The notes: generated from the letters alone by a model not told the origin. A stretch of 64,000 bases of DNA from Bryobacteraceae bacterium (GCA_035604115.1 DATNJC010000230.1:1522-65521); one strand, 5' to 3'. Positions 35,525 through 45,112 are shown, counted from the stretch's first letter. A program made the numbers and translations.

Positions 35525-36384
35525 GCCGGCCCTCCGCTTCCCGGCGGTGTGTCCTGCCGGCGGTTCTCGCGCGTCGCCCACGCCAGCCGCACATACAGCA
35601 TGTAAACGCCCAGCGCGATCAGCAGCACCGGCCAATACCGCAAGATCCGCCGGATTTCAAGGAAGCCCAGATTGCTTAGCAGAAACACCACGCCCAACGC
35701 GATCAGGATCACGGGAGCGGCGGGAATATTGGTGCCGCCGTGGACCGGCAACACGCTGGAGAATTCATCCACCGGCTGCCCCAGCCTCCGCCGTTTGGCG
35801 GTGTGAAACGCTTCGAAGGCCATGTAGGCCCAAAACGCGGCCAGCATCAGGCTCAGCAGAGGCTCCAGGCCCTCGGCCGCGTTGTTGCTCAGAACCGAGA
35901 TCAGCAAGCCCACGATCACCACATGCACCAGGCCCTTGCCGTACTGCCCGTTGTAGACCGCGCCCACACCCGGAATCAGCCCCAGCAGGAACGCCAACCC
36001 GGGCGACACGTCGCGATTCGGCAAGGGCGGCGGCGCGGTGCTCGTATAGGGCGAGGCATATGGCGAATCGGCAAACCCCGCACCGGTTGCGGTGAACCCG
36101 CTTCCCGTCGCACCAGCACCGGCCGTGCCCGCTCCGGCCGCGCCCCCGGCCGCTCCCCCAGACGCTCCCATGGGAGGCGGCGCATGCTCGGCGCAAAAAA
36201 TGGTTCCATGTGCCGCGCGAACGCTCGCGGCGTCCAGGGCTTTGCCGCACGCGCGGCAATAGCCGACGGTCACGCCTGGCGCCGAGCTCGAGCCCGGACT
36301 TTGCTCCGGACTTCGCTCCGGACTTCGCTCCGGACCTTGCTCCCGGCCCTGCTCGGGGCTTTGTCCCGGCTGCTGCGGATTCAT
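35521..36384 (-). CDS. Zinc-ribbon membrane protein with a low-complexity linker and the same C-terminal TM hairpin
   Basis: 'YCRACGKALDAASVRAAHGTIFCAEH', several TM segments, and C-terminal 'RYWPVLLIALGVYMLY'. ATGA overlap with the anti-sigma gene. Confidence 0.7.
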   Translation of the reverse strand: MNPQQPGQSPEQGREQGPERSPERSPEQSPGSSSAPGVTVGYCRACGKALDAASVRAAHGTIFCAEHAPPPMGASGGAAGGAAGAGTAGAGATGSGFTATGAGFADSPYASPYTSTAPPPLPNRDVSPGLAFLLGLIPGVGAVYNGQYGKGLVHVVIVGLLISVLSNNAAEGLEPLLSLMLAAFWAYMAFEAFHTAKRRRLGQPVDEFSSVLPVHGGTNIPAAPVILIALGVVFLLSNLGFLEIRRILRYWPVLLIALGVYMLYVRLAWATRENRRQDTPPGSGGPA

Positions 36385-36992
36385 TTCGAATTCGCTCCTT
36401 CCGGCATTGACTGGGCCGGCCCCGCCTGCGGCAAAGCCGCCGCGTCCGCCGCCGCATCCGCGCCCGGCTGGTCCTCGGTCCATTCCTTCAGGCGCGACTG
36501 GATTTCAAACACTACTCGCAAACTCTCGTAATACTTCATGCCTCGTTCCCACACCCGTGTAGCACGATCCTCGGCCAGCGTCCAAACTTTCACCGGATCC
36601 AAATCCGCTGCGGTCAATTGCCGCGGACTAATCCCGGCCACCTTGAACAACATGGCAAAACTCAACACCGTCATGGCCATGCTCATGGCATACCGCGGTT
36701 CGAGTATCGGCTCCAACCATTTGCCGAACACCCGGCGCGCCCACGACGGTTTCACCACCGCCCGGCTGGGTCCTGCCGTCACCTCGAACAGCAGCCGCGT
36801 GACGAGCTCCGGAGGAGCCTCCACCACCGCAGCCCGTTCCATGAAGCCGACCGCGGCGGCCGAATCCCGCGCCAGTTCCGCGCACCCCGCGCACTCGGCC
36901 AGATGAGCTTCGACAGCCGACTTCTGCTCGCCGTGGAGCAATCCATCCACGTAATCGGCCAGCAGAATCTCGATCTCGCCGCAGTTCATCAC
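36381..36992 (-). CDS. Anti-sigma factor (zf-HC2 type)
   Basis: N-terminus 'MNCGEIEILLADYVDGLLHGEQKSAVEAHLAECAGCAE' carries the H-x3-C-x2-C motif. Located directly downstream of the ECF sigma gene. Confidence 0.8.
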   Translation of the reverse strand: MMNCGEIEILLADYVDGLLHGEQKSAVEAHLAECAGCAELARDSAAAVGFMERAAVVEAPPELVTRLLFEVTAGPSRAVVKPSWARRVFGKWLEPILEPRYAMSMAMTVLSFAMLFKVAGISPRQLTAADLDPVKVWTLAEDRATRVWERGMKYYESLRVVFEIQSRLKEWTEDQPGADAAADAAALPQAGPAQSMPEGANSK

Positions 36993-37010
36993 GCTTTGAA
37001 TCTCTAATCC

Positions 37011-37679
37011 TTATACCGCAACTTTGTTCCGCCGGAGGATGCGCGCCAGTTCGGCGCGTCCCCGGTTCAATCTCGACTTCACCGTGCCCTCGGGCACGTT
37101 CAAAATCTGCGCCACTTCCCGATACTCCAGTTCTTCCAGATCCCGCAAAATCACTGTTTCCCGCAGCTCCGGCGACAGCTTGGCCAGAGCGGCTTGCAGC
37201 GCCTCCCCGGCTTCCCGCCCCGCCAGCATCCCCTCGGTGCGCGATTCGGCCGTGCGCTGCTCAATCATGGGAAGCTGCTCTTCGAGCGACGACGTCGCCC
37301 GCTCCTGCTTGGTCCGCCGGTAGTGATCGATCAATAAATTCCGCGTCAGCCGCCCCAGCCATACCGTGAACGAACCCTCTCCGGCGCGAAAACTCTTGAG
37401 CGATCGAAATACCCGCAGGAACACTTCCTGGGTGAGATCCTGCGCGTAGTGGTCGGACCCCGTAAACCGATAGCAGATCCCATACACACGTCGCGTATGG
37501 ACCTTGACCAGATCCTCCCAGGCGGCCTCATCCCCGCTCAAACATCGTTCGACTAGTTCGACGTTGGAGTCCAAAAAGTCGCCGTCCAAGAAAGGCCTCC
37601 GCGCCTTCGCACCCCATACCGGCAGCGCCCAATCGAGGGCCTTCGACACAATCCCCGTTCCGGTCCCGGTTCGCCGCAT
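37011..37679 (-). CDS. ECF (group 4) RNA polymerase sigma factor
   Basis: Region 2 'VYGICYRFTGSDHYAQDLTQEVFLRVF' and region 4 'REVAQILNVPEGTVKSRLNRGR'. Start is ATG 37679 or 37748. Confidence 0.88.
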   Translation of the reverse strand: MRRTGTGTGIVSKALDWALPVWGAKARRPFLDGDFLDSNVELVERCLSGDEAAWEDLVKVHTRRVYGICYRFTGSDHYAQDLTQEVFLRVFRSLKSFRAGEGSFTVWLGRLTRNLLIDHYRRTKQERATSSLEEQLPMIEQRTAESRTEGMLAGREAGEALQAALAKLSPELRETVILRDLEELEYREVAQILNVPEGTVKSRLNRGRAELARILRRNKVAV

Positions 37680-37952
37680 GGCTTGACCGTGGTTCACCGC
37701 AAGACTGCCTACCGTGTTAATCTGTCGGACTGTGGCTGTTGCCGCCATATCCTCTCCGTTCCAGCTTCACTACCAGCTGCATCAACAATGGGAACGAAGA
37801 GCGGACGTGAAAAGTTCGATCTATATTCTACTATTCATTGGGATACCGCAACAGGACATCGGCTTGGGGCGGTTTGGGGATGGCCGGGTCCCGGGCCTTA
37901 GCGGCACCGGCCCACGTTTTGAAAAGGCCGCGAAGGGGGCGGCCGTAACCGC

Positions 37953-39002
37953 TTGAAAAAGCGTCATCTGGGTGCAATTGCGGGGGTCGCAGCCACGTTG
38001 GTTGCGGGGTACTTTGTGTATTACCGCTGGAGCACCTCCGGCTTCGTCTGGCAGGATTTCGTCACCTCGGTCGAGAACGTCAACTGGCACTGGATGAGCC
38101 TGGCGCTGGCTTCCGTCCTGGTGACGTACCTTGGCCGGGCTCTGCGGTGGGAAATTATGCTCCGTCCGCTCACCAGCAACACCAGCGTATGGCGGGTGCT
38201 GGTGGCCACCTGCATCGGTTTCGCGGCCGTGGTCCTGTTCGGACGGGCGGGCGAACTGGTCCGTCCGTTTCTGATTGCCAAAAAAGAAGGCGTCTCCTTC
38301 TCCAGCCAGGTAGCCGCGTGGGTAGTGGAGCGCATGCTCGACTTGCTCATGGTCCTGGTCATCTTCGGGATTGCGCTAACCCAAGTAGGGAACAGCGCCA
38401 TCGAGCACGGTCCGCGGGTTCAAGCGCTGCTTAAAGCCGCGGGCTACGCCGGCGGAGTCACCGGCACCGTGTGCCTCACGCTGCTGATCGCCTTGCGCCA
38501 GTTCCGGGGACGCGTCCGGGCCCGCCTGATGCAAGCTTTGGCGTTTCTACCCGGTCCTTTACACATCAGAATCGAGAAATTCCTGGCAGCTTTCGAGCAG
38601 GGCATGGCCAGTACCCGCGACACCAGCTTCACCTGGATGCTGATTCTGTACTCGGCGCTGGAGTGGGCCGTAATCGCCGGGTCGTTTTACGCCAGTTTCC
38701 ACGCCTTCCCCGCCACCGCCGCCTTGGGCCTGACCGACGCGGTGATCACCCTCGGCTTCATCGCCCTGGGAAGCATCGTGCAAATCCCGGGCGTGGGAGG
38801 CGGAATGCAACTGGCCGCCATCGTCGTCCTTACCGAGTTCTACGGTGTAAATCTTGGCGCAGCCACCAGCATTGCGTTAACCTTGTGGATCAACAATTTC
38901 GTCATCATAATTCCCGTAGGCTTCGGCCTGGCGCTTCATGAAGGTATTAAATGGCGTAATTTGAAGCAATTAAGCGAATCATCGTCAGGTTTTAGTTTAT
39001 GA
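37953..39002 (+). CDS. UPF0104/lysylphosphatidylglycerol-synthase-TM-region-like (flippase-like) membrane protein
   Basis: 349 aa with about 8 TM segments. The TTG start and overall pattern fit the TIGR00374-like family. Confidence 0.65.
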   Translation: MKKRHLGAIAGVAATLVAGYFVYYRWSTSGFVWQDFVTSVENVNWHWMSLALASVLVTYLGRALRWEIMLRPLTSNTSVWRVLVATCIGFAAVVLFGRAGELVRPFLIAKKEGVSFSSQVAAWVVERMLDLLMVLVIFGIALTQVGNSAIEHGPRVQALLKAAGYAGGVTGTVCLTLLIALRQFRGRVRARLMQALAFLPGPLHIRIEKFLAAFEQGMASTRDTSFTWMLILYSALEWAVIAGSFYASFHAFPATAALGLTDAVITLGFIALGSIVQIPGVGGGMQLAAIVVLTEFYGVNLGAATSIALTLWINNFVIIIPVGFGLALHEGIKWRNLKQLSESSSGFSL

Positions 39003-39457
39003 CGTGCCCCTTCTGCGGCCACCGCCACGACCGGGTGATCGACTCCCGCGAGAGCAAGGAAGGCGACCTCATCCGCCGCCGCCGCGAGTGTCTGGGTTGC
39101 CAGCGCCGCTTCACCACCTACGAGCGGAGCGATGAGATCCCTTACATGGTGGTCAAACGCGACGGCCGCCGCGAGAAGTTCGACCGCCAGAAAGTGCTCG
39201 AGGGACTGCTCAAGGCCTGCTCCAAGCGACCCATCCCCATGGCCAAGCTGGCCGAGGTCGTGGACGAGATCGAGGCCGTCTTGGCCGAGAGCCCAGACCG
39301 CGAATTGCCGACCACTCGGATAGGCGAGCTGCTGATGGAGCGCCTGCGGACACTCGACAAGATCGCTTATGTGCGGTTTGCGTCGGTCTACCGGGATTTC
39401 CAGGACGTTGAGGCGTTCTTGGTCGAGCTCCGGGATGTGCTCCAGCGGAGGAGCTGA
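38999..39457 (+). CDS. nrdR: Transcriptional repressor NrdR
   Basis: 'MTCPFCGHRHDRVIDSRESKEGDLIRRRRECLGCQRRFTTYE' zinc ribbon followed by an ATP-cone. Confidence 0.95.
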   Translation: MTCPFCGHRHDRVIDSRESKEGDLIRRRRECLGCQRRFTTYERSDEIPYMVVKRDGRREKFDRQKVLEGLLKACSKRPIPMAKLAEVVDEIEAVLAESPDRELPTTRIGELLMERLRTLDKIAYVRFASVYRDFQDVEAFLVELRDVLQRRS

Positions 39458-39512
39458 CCGAGTATGCCAAACGGCGGCTTGGTACGCCCAGAACATCCGC
39501 TGAAATAGAGAC

Positions 39513-39541
39513 TTAACTAATTGAAAGAACCCTGTTATACT
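39513..39541 (+). promoter_or_regulatory. Candidate sigma-70-type promoter upstream of rpoD
   Basis: TTAACT, a 17-nt spacer, then TATACT. Pattern match by eye only. A 9-bp stem (39577-39585 / 39621-29629) follows in the leader. Confidence 0.25.
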
Positions 39542-39704
39542 GGGCACAGCACGGTGGAGGCTGTGTGTCGGCGGTAGGTTCTGTCTAAAGTATTGTAATA
39601 ACACGTCTGAATGAAAAGCCGACAGAACCCGGAGGGAAGATCGGGCGAAGGAGTGTATCAGGTGAAGACCTGATGCCCGGTTCCCGGCTGGGAGGTGAAT
39701 CTAC

Positions 39705-41237
39705 GTGGATCATTTCGAGGACCAGTTCTTAGGCGAGGGTCACGAGCCTCTTGGGCTTCCTTTTGACGAGGAAGGCGCTTTTTTCCATCCTGAGGAAGTT
39801 CACGATGGAGAAGAATTCGCGCACGCCCACCCGGTTGAAGAGTCCATCTACACCGATGATCCGGTACGCGTGTATCTGCGCGAGATGGGCGCCGTTCCGC
39901 TGCTCACGCGCGAAGGCGAAGTCAATCTCGCCCGCCGCATGGAGCGCGGAAAACTTCGCATGCAGAAGGCCATCAGCCGCAGCGCGCTAGTGCAGTTGCA
40001 GGCTGTAGAAATTGCCGAACAGATCCGCCGGGGGATGGAAGAGCTGGACGCCTTCGCCGATCTGGGCGATCTGGAAGCCGAAAGCGCCGCTTACAACAAG
40101 CGCCGCGGCGAAGTCGAACAGGACTTCGCCGGAATCGTCGGCGCCCACAAGAAGCTCGGCCAGTCCACCGAGAAGTTCTCGACCGTCGCGCTCAGCAATA
40201 AGAAGCTTCGCCGCAGATGGGCGGGCCGGATGAGCCGCCATCGCGTGGAAGTCTCCCAGGCCATCCGCAAGATCCCGTTCTACAACTCGCAGTGGAAGCA
40301 GTTTGCCAAGGAAATCGAGCGCGTGGTGGACGAGCTCACCTTGCTGGAGCAGGACCTGCGCAAGCTGGAGAGCCGCAACGGCCAGACCGCGCAGGCCAAA
40401 GCCAAGGAGCTGCGCCGCGAGATCCGCAAGCGCGAGCACGCCGCCGGCGCCAGCGTGACCGACCTGCGCCACACCATCGCCGTCATCCGCCACGGCGAAA
40501 TCGAAGCCGAGCGCGCCAAGAAAGATCTGGTCGAGGCCAACCTCCGCCTCGTGGTTTCGGTCGCCAAGAAATACGTCAACCGCGGCCTGCATTTGCTGGA
40601 CCTGATCCAGGAAGGCAACATCGGCCTGATGCGCGCCGCCGACAAGTTCGAATACCGCCGCGGCTACAAGTTCTCCACTTACGCCACCTGGTGGATTCGC
40701 CAAGCCATCACGCGCGCCATCGCCGACCAGTCCCGAACCATCCGCATCCCCGTTCACATGAACGAAAGCATGAACAAGTTCCTGCGGGCCACGCGCGAGC
40801 TGGAAAAGGAACTCGGCCGCGCGCCCACCAACGACGAAATCTCGCGCCGCATGGACATTCCGGTCGAGAAGGTGCAGAAGCTCAAGACCATCTCGCGCGA
40901 TCCGGTGTCGCTCGAAACGCCAGTGGGCCGCGACGGCGAATCCGCGCTGGGCGATTTGATCGAGGACCGCTGGGTGGGCTCGCCGGTCGACGCGGTGATC
41001 GACACCAACGTCCGCGACGAGACCGCCAATATCCTGAAAACTCTCTCGCCGAAAGAAGAGAAGGTGATCCGCCTGCGCTTCGGCATCGGCTGCGAGCGCG
41101 AGCACACGCTCGAGGAAATCGGCCAGGAGTTCGACGTCACCCGCGAACGCATCCGCCAGATCGAAGCCAAGGCTCTGCGCCAGTTGCGGTCCCCCGAGCG
41201 CGCCCGGCATCTGCGCGCGCTGCTCGCCGCGCGGTAA
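39705..41237 (+). CDS. rpoD: Primary RNA polymerase sigma factor RpoD
   Basis: 510 aa. RBS gggagg plus GTG start. '[24 protein letters not shown]' and '[54 protein letters not shown]'. Confidence 0.97.
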   Translation: MDHFEDQFLGEGHEPLGLPFDEEGAFFHPEEVHDGEEFAHAHPVEESIYTDDPVRVYLREMGAVPLLTREGEVNLARRMERGKLRMQKAISRSALVQLQAVEIAEQIRRGMEELDAFADLGDLEAESAAYNKRRGEVEQDFAGIVGAHKKLGQSTEKFSTVALSNKKLRRRWAGRMSRHRVEVSQAIRKIPFYNSQWKQFAKEIERVVDELTLLEQDLRKLESRNGQTAQAKAKELRREIRKREHAAGASVTDLRHTIAVIRHGEIEAERAKKDLVEANLRLVVSVAKKYVNRGLHLLDLIQEGNIGLMRAADKFEYRRGYKFSTYATWWIRQAITRAIADQSRTIRIPVHMNESMNKFLRATRELEKELGRAPTNDEISRRMDIPVEKVQKLKTISRDPVSLETPVGRDGESALGDLIEDRWVGSPVDAVIDTNVRDETANILKTLSPKEEKVIRLRFGIGCEREHTLEEIGQEFDVTRERIRQIEAKALRQLRSPERARHLRALLAAR

Positions 41238-41282
41238 GCTGGCGCCTCTATGCAGGCCCTTGCTTTCTGGAAGGAAGTAACC

Positions 41283-41771
41283 ATGGATCAGGCCAATTTT
41301 CTCGAGGGCCTGATCGGTCTGCTGGACGAGAATCACATCCGGTATTGCGTGATCGGCGGACAGGGCGTAAACGCTTACGCCGATCCGCTAGTCAGCCTCG
41401 ACCTTGACCTGGCGGTAGCTGTCGATCAACTGCCTGTTGTCGAGCGGCTGCTGAGCGACCGGTTCCGCATCGAGCATTTTCCGCACAGCCTGAACGTTTC
41501 GACCGAGGATTCGCAACTTCGGGTTCAGATTCAAACCGATCCGCGCTATTTCCCATTTCCCGAGCGCGCCTCGGTGCGAGAAGTGCTTGGTCTTCGAGTG
41601 CCTGTCGCTGCGCTCGAGGACGTGCTGATCGGCAAGATCTGGGCGGCACAAGACCCCGAGCGCCGGGCCAGCAAGCGGCGCAAGGACTTGCTCGACATCG
41701 AGCGCCTCATTGAAGCGCATCCCGCACTGCGGACGCGGGTTCCCGCGGAAATCCTGGCGAAGTTTTCGTAA
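41283..41771 (+). CDS. Minimal nucleotidyltransferase-fold protein (MNT/DUF6036-like)
   Basis: 'YCVIGGQGVNAYADPLVSLDLDLAV' fits the NTase pattern G-x-A...D-x-D. 162 aa. Located inside the insertion bracketed by the rpoD 3' repeats. Confidence 0.6.
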   Translation: MDQANFLEGLIGLLDENHIRYCVIGGQGVNAYADPLVSLDLDLAVAVDQLPVVERLLSDRFRIEHFPHSLNVSTEDSQLRVQIQTDPRYFPFPERASVREVLGLRVPVAALEDVLIGKIWAAQDPERRASKRRKDLLDIERLIEAHPALRTRVPAEILAKFS

Positions 41772-41882
41772 CTTTCGCCTGGGTGCGCATTGCTTTGCAA
41801 CTTCTGAATCCTCTTGTCGCGCAATTCGTCTTACATAATGCTTGTTTGTAGTCCAAAAGACAGTAGATTAAGAGGAGCCTTT

Positions 41883-42752
41883 GTGCAGATCATTGACTCT
41901 TCGGCAGCTGCGTTGACGAGGCGGCGGAGAAGTCGAAATCTAGTTGGTGGCGATCGGGAATTGCAGGTATCCTCGACAACCGATTTGCTTTTTGGAGTGA
42001 TCTCGCTGATGGTCGTTCTTTCGGCTGGTCTGGTATTGAGCCTGCTGTTCCTCTGGCGAAGCTCACCAGTTCAGACATTCGACTTTCTCGTCGCTTATCT
42101 TCCGCTCACACTGCCCATATTAACGGTCGGTCTCACTGTAATCCTCCGCCCGCACGAGCTTGTTGACCTTCATGGATGGCTGCGTCTATCGACCACTTTC
42201 AGTCTTGGCCTTGTAAGCTTCGCAATCTGGGCGTTTGTCGCGGGCCAATCGGTGAGCCAATATATCGTGATCAATTCCACAAAGGTGTACAACAAGGATC
42301 ACGCTATGTTCCTTCTTCTGGTGGCGTTCATCTGGGCGACCTCTGGTTCCCTCGTTACTGCGCTCGCCGAGAGTGCGGAGAAGAAGCGCCGTTGGAAGGT
42401 CATACAGGCAATTCAGTTTGCCTTCTCGCTTGCCGCTTGCTTCGTTCTGCCGTTCTTGCTGCTGGAGGACAAGGCCGCGGTCGAGAAGAGTACCGGGCAG
42501 TCTTTCGACACTCGCCAATTCATCGTCAACATCCCCTACCGGAATGCGTCCCTGAACCAGCATCTTGGCCGCTCGACAGATCCCATTACCGAGTGTTTTG
42601 TGGCTCGGCATGTTTCAGCGAAGAGTCGGGCACAAGCCATCCGGAGGGCAAACGAGCTCATGAGCCAGGAGGATCTCGCATTCAGCAAGGGGCGCGGGTC
42701 GTCCGCCATCGAGGTACTGGAGAGTCAGATTGTGGAGCAAGAGGAGCCGTAG
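41883..42752 (+). CDS. Lower-GC five-TM membrane protein with a ~90-aa soluble C-terminus (no family recognised)
   Basis: RBS agaggag 7 nt before GTG 41883 (the ORF track starts at TTG 41814). Five hydrophobic segments. The stop codon lies 1 nt before the duplicated rpoD fragment. Confidence 0.6.
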   Translation: MQIIDSSAAALTRRRRSRNLVGGDRELQVSSTTDLLFGVISLMVVLSAGLVLSLLFLWRSSPVQTFDFLVAYLPLTLPILTVGLTVILRPHELVDLHGWLRLSTTFSLGLVSFAIWAFVAGQSVSQYIVINSTKVYNKDHAMFLLLVAFIWATSGSLVTALAESAEKKRRWKVIQAIQFAFSLAACFVLPFLLLEDKAAVEKSTGQSFDTRQFIVNIPYRNASLNQHLGRSTDPITECFVARHVSAKSRAQAIRRANELMSQEDLAFSKGRGSSAIEVLESQIVEQEEP

Positions 42753-42753
42753 C

Positions 42754-43063
42754 GCCGCGACGGCGAATCCGCGCTCGGCGATTTGATCGAGGACCGCTGG
42801 GTGGCTCGCCCGTCGACGCGGTGATCGATACCAACGTCCGCGACGAAACTGCAAATATCCTGAAAACTCTCTCGCCGAAAGAAGAGAAGGTGATCCGCCT
42901 GCGCTTCGGCATTGGCTGCGAGCGCGAGCACACGCTCGAGGAAATCGGCCAGGAGTTCGACGTCACGCGCGAACGCATCCGCCAGATCGAAGCCAAGGCC
43001 CTGCGCCAGTTGCGGTCCCCCGAGCGCGCCCGGCATCTGCGCGCGCTGCTCGCGGCGCGGTAG
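42754..43063 (+). pseudogene. rpoD: Detached duplicate of the rpoD 3' end (last ~103 codons) with a 1-nt deletion
   Basis: Aligns base for base with 40927-41237, with 11 substitutions and one deleted G. Encodes '...[85 protein letters not shown]'. Confidence 0.92.
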
Positions 43064-43120
43064 CCCTGGGCACGGCGTTAAGACTTGTAATACGGCTCCG
43101 TAATACGCTAGGCTGGATTC

Positions 43121-43381
43121 GTGGCGTCACCCATAACATTACGTCTGGACCCGGAAATCCGCCGGAAGGTCGCCCAGATCGCCCGCCGCAAGGGTACGAC
43201 CACGTCCAAGGTGTTGCGCGAAGCGATCACCACGTGGGTCGACCGCGAGGAAAGCGCGCTATCGGCCTACGAGCAGATTAAGGACCTGATCGGGAGTGTT
43301 CACGGAGGCGACCCGCACCGCTCGACGGACATGGGCAAGAAATTCACGCAATTACTTAAAGCCCGCCGGAATCAATCGTGA
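43121..43381 (+). CDS. Ribbon-helix-helix (CopG-like) antitoxin
   Basis: 'ITLRLDPEIRRKVAQIARRKGTTTSKVLREAI'. Its stop overlaps the vapC GTG. Confidence 0.8.
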   Translation: MASPITLRLDPEIRRKVAQIARRKGTTTSKVLREAITTWVDREESALSAYEQIKDLIGSVHGGDPHRSTDMGKKFTQLLKARRNQS

Positions 43382-43782
43382 TCCTGGTGGACGCCGGTCC
43401 CTTAGCTGCAATCGCCGACACGCATGACCAGCATCATGCAGCTTGCGTGGCCGCTCTTGAAACGATTCGGGAGCCAATGGGCACGGTGTGGCCCGCGCTA
43501 AGCGAAGTCATGTACCTGCTAGCGGACCTGCCAAGAGCTCAAAACTCAGTCTGGGACATCCTAGCAAGGGGCACTGTCCGACTTCTCCCGCTCGGCCCCG
43601 GCGACATACCCAGAATGCGCGAGCTGATGGAGCAGTATTCCAACCGCCCCATGGACCTCGCCGACGCCGCCTTGATCTGCGTGGCCGAGCGGGAAGGCAT
43701 CCGCCGGATCTTCACGGTCGATCGCGAGGATTTCTCGGTCTACCGGCTTCATGGTCGGATTCGTCCATCGATTTTGCCGTAG
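43378..43782 (+). CDS. vapC: PIN-domain toxin VapC (apparently intact)
   Basis: 'MILVDAGPL', 'DLADAALICVAER' and 'IFTVDREDF' retain the acidic PIN residues. Confidence 0.8.
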   Translation: MILVDAGPLAAIADTHDQHHAACVAALETIREPMGTVWPALSEVMYLLADLPRAQNSVWDILARGTVRLLPLGPGDIPRMRELMEQYSNRPMDLADAALICVAEREGIRRIFTVDREDFSVYRLHGRIRPSILP

Positions 43783-43795
43783 CCACCCAGCTACA

Positions 43796-44671
43796 ATGGA
43801 TGGCGCGGTGATCCGTTTAATCCAACATCCCGTCCGCGTGGTCGCCGTGCTGCTAGCAGCCGCTGTGGCGTTGCTCGCGCAGCGCGGATTTCGCGGCGGA
43901 GGCGGTTTCGGCGGCTTCGGGTTCGGCCCTAGCGAAGACGACGGCCCCAGCCCGAATTTCAAAACCGACACCGAGTTCCACTTCATCCGCGGCGAATACA
44001 CCGACTCGCCCAACTACCGCCGCGGCTTCGGCAACGTCTCCCGCCGCGGGCGCGCCAACGGCTGGTGGGCGCAGGACTGGCCCGATGCCGACGAGCACTT
44101 CACCCAAGGCGTGCTGCGCCTCACCCGCATCGACGCCGGCGATCCTCGCCACCTCGGCTTTAGCGACGAGAAGATCTTCGACAACCCCTGGGTCTACATG
44201 ACGCAGACCGCTTACTGGAGCCTGACCGAAAAAGAAATCTCCCGCATGCACGAGTTCCTGGAGCGCGGGGGCTTCCTGGTCACCGACGATTTCTGGGGTC
44301 CGTATGAATGGGAAGTGTTCCAGGAAACCATGCAGCGCGTGCTGCCCAACCACGCCATTACCGACATCGCGCTGGGCGACTCCGTGATGCACGTGCTCTA
44401 CAACATCGAGGAAAAGGATCTCACCTACATCCCCGGCACGCGCCATCTGCGCCGCGGCCCCGGCGGCCAAATGGTGGTGCAGCAGCAAGGCAACTCCCCC
44501 GCCTGGCGTGCCATCTACGACGACAAGCAGCACATGGTGGTGGCCATCAACTTCAACACCGACGTGGGCGACGCCTGGGAGTACGCCGACTCACCGCTGT
44601 ATCCAGAAGCCATGACCACGCTGGCTTATCGGTACGGGATTAACTACGTCATCTACGCGATGACGCACTGA
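43796..44671 (+). CDS. DUF4159-like protein
   Basis: N-terminal anchor, then 'FLVTDDFWGPYEWEVFQETMQRVLP' and 'AINFNTDVGDAWEY', which resemble DUF4159. Confidence 0.65.
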   Translation: MDGAVIRLIQHPVRVVAVLLAAAVALLAQRGFRGGGGFGGFGFGPSEDDGPSPNFKTDTEFHFIRGEYTDSPNYRRGFGNVSRRGRANGWWAQDWPDADEHFTQGVLRLTRIDAGDPRHLGFSDEKIFDNPWVYMTQTAYWSLTEKEISRMHEFLERGGFLVTDDFWGPYEWEVFQETMQRVLPNHAITDIALGDSVMHVLYNIEEKDLTYIPGTRHLRRGPGGQMVVQQQGNSPAWRAIYDDKQHMVVAINFNTDVGDAWEYADSPLYPEAMTTLAYRYGINYVIYAMTH

Positions 44672-45112
44672 CTAAGCCGCATCCCGCACCGATATGCTGA
44701 TCTCCTTGCCCAGCGCATGGAACGCAGCCTCGATCTGATCGAACCCGGAATGGTGGCTCAAGTTAAACAGCCGGTCCACGCTGGTCTTGGGGAGCGCCAG
44801 CCGCCGCCCCAATTCAGCCTTCCGAATGCCCGATGCTAGGAACTCCCGGTACAGCTCCGCCTTCGCCGCTTGCAGCGCCGGCAGTCGAACCATGCGGAAT
44901 TTCCGCCCGCGAGGCTTGCTCGGCCACGGCAAATCCTCGCCATGACGCATGTGCTCCTGAACCAAAGTTTGGAGCAGAGCGACGGCCATCTCGCGAGCCT
45001 CTTCCTCGGTATCACCCTGAGAAACGCCCCAGCCGAAGTCGGGGATGGTGATCACAAATCCGCCGTCTTCGACGGCCTCGAAGCGAGCGGGATATTCCAT
45101 AGGGGTCTTCAC
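44672..45112 (-). CDS. hicB: HicB-family antitoxin with a C-terminal HTH
   Basis: 'YPARFEAVEDGGFVITIPDFGWGVSQGDTEEEAREMAVALLQ' followed by an HTH-like tail. GTG start overlaps the hicA stop (GTGA). Confidence 0.85.
   Translation of the reverse strand: MKTPMEYPARFEAVEDGGFVITIPDFGWGVSQGDTEEEAREMAVALLQTLVQEHMRHGEDLPWPSKPRGRKFRMVRLPALQAAKAELYREFLASGIRKAELGRRLALPKTSVDRLFNLSHHSGFDQIEAAFHALGKEISISVRDAA

Noticed and set aside
36240-36360. Short tandem 'ccggacttcgctccgga'-type repeats
   Set aside because: They lie inside the zinc-ribbon protein gene and encode a low-complexity 'PERSPERSPEQSP' linker. This is not an independent repeat element.
39987-41336. 449-aa minus-strand ORF, and the 396-aa + ORF at 40217-41407
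   Set aside because: Both overlap rpoD, whose frame is unambiguous. These are typical alternative-frame artefacts.
42176-43063. 295-aa + ORF ending in a sigma-70 region-4 sequence, which could be mistaken for a small sigma factor gene
   Set aside because: Its first two-thirds is an out-of-frame read-through of the five-TM gene. Only the last ~95 codons are the detached rpoD fragment, so it is a chimeric artefact of the duplication plus the 1-nt deletion.
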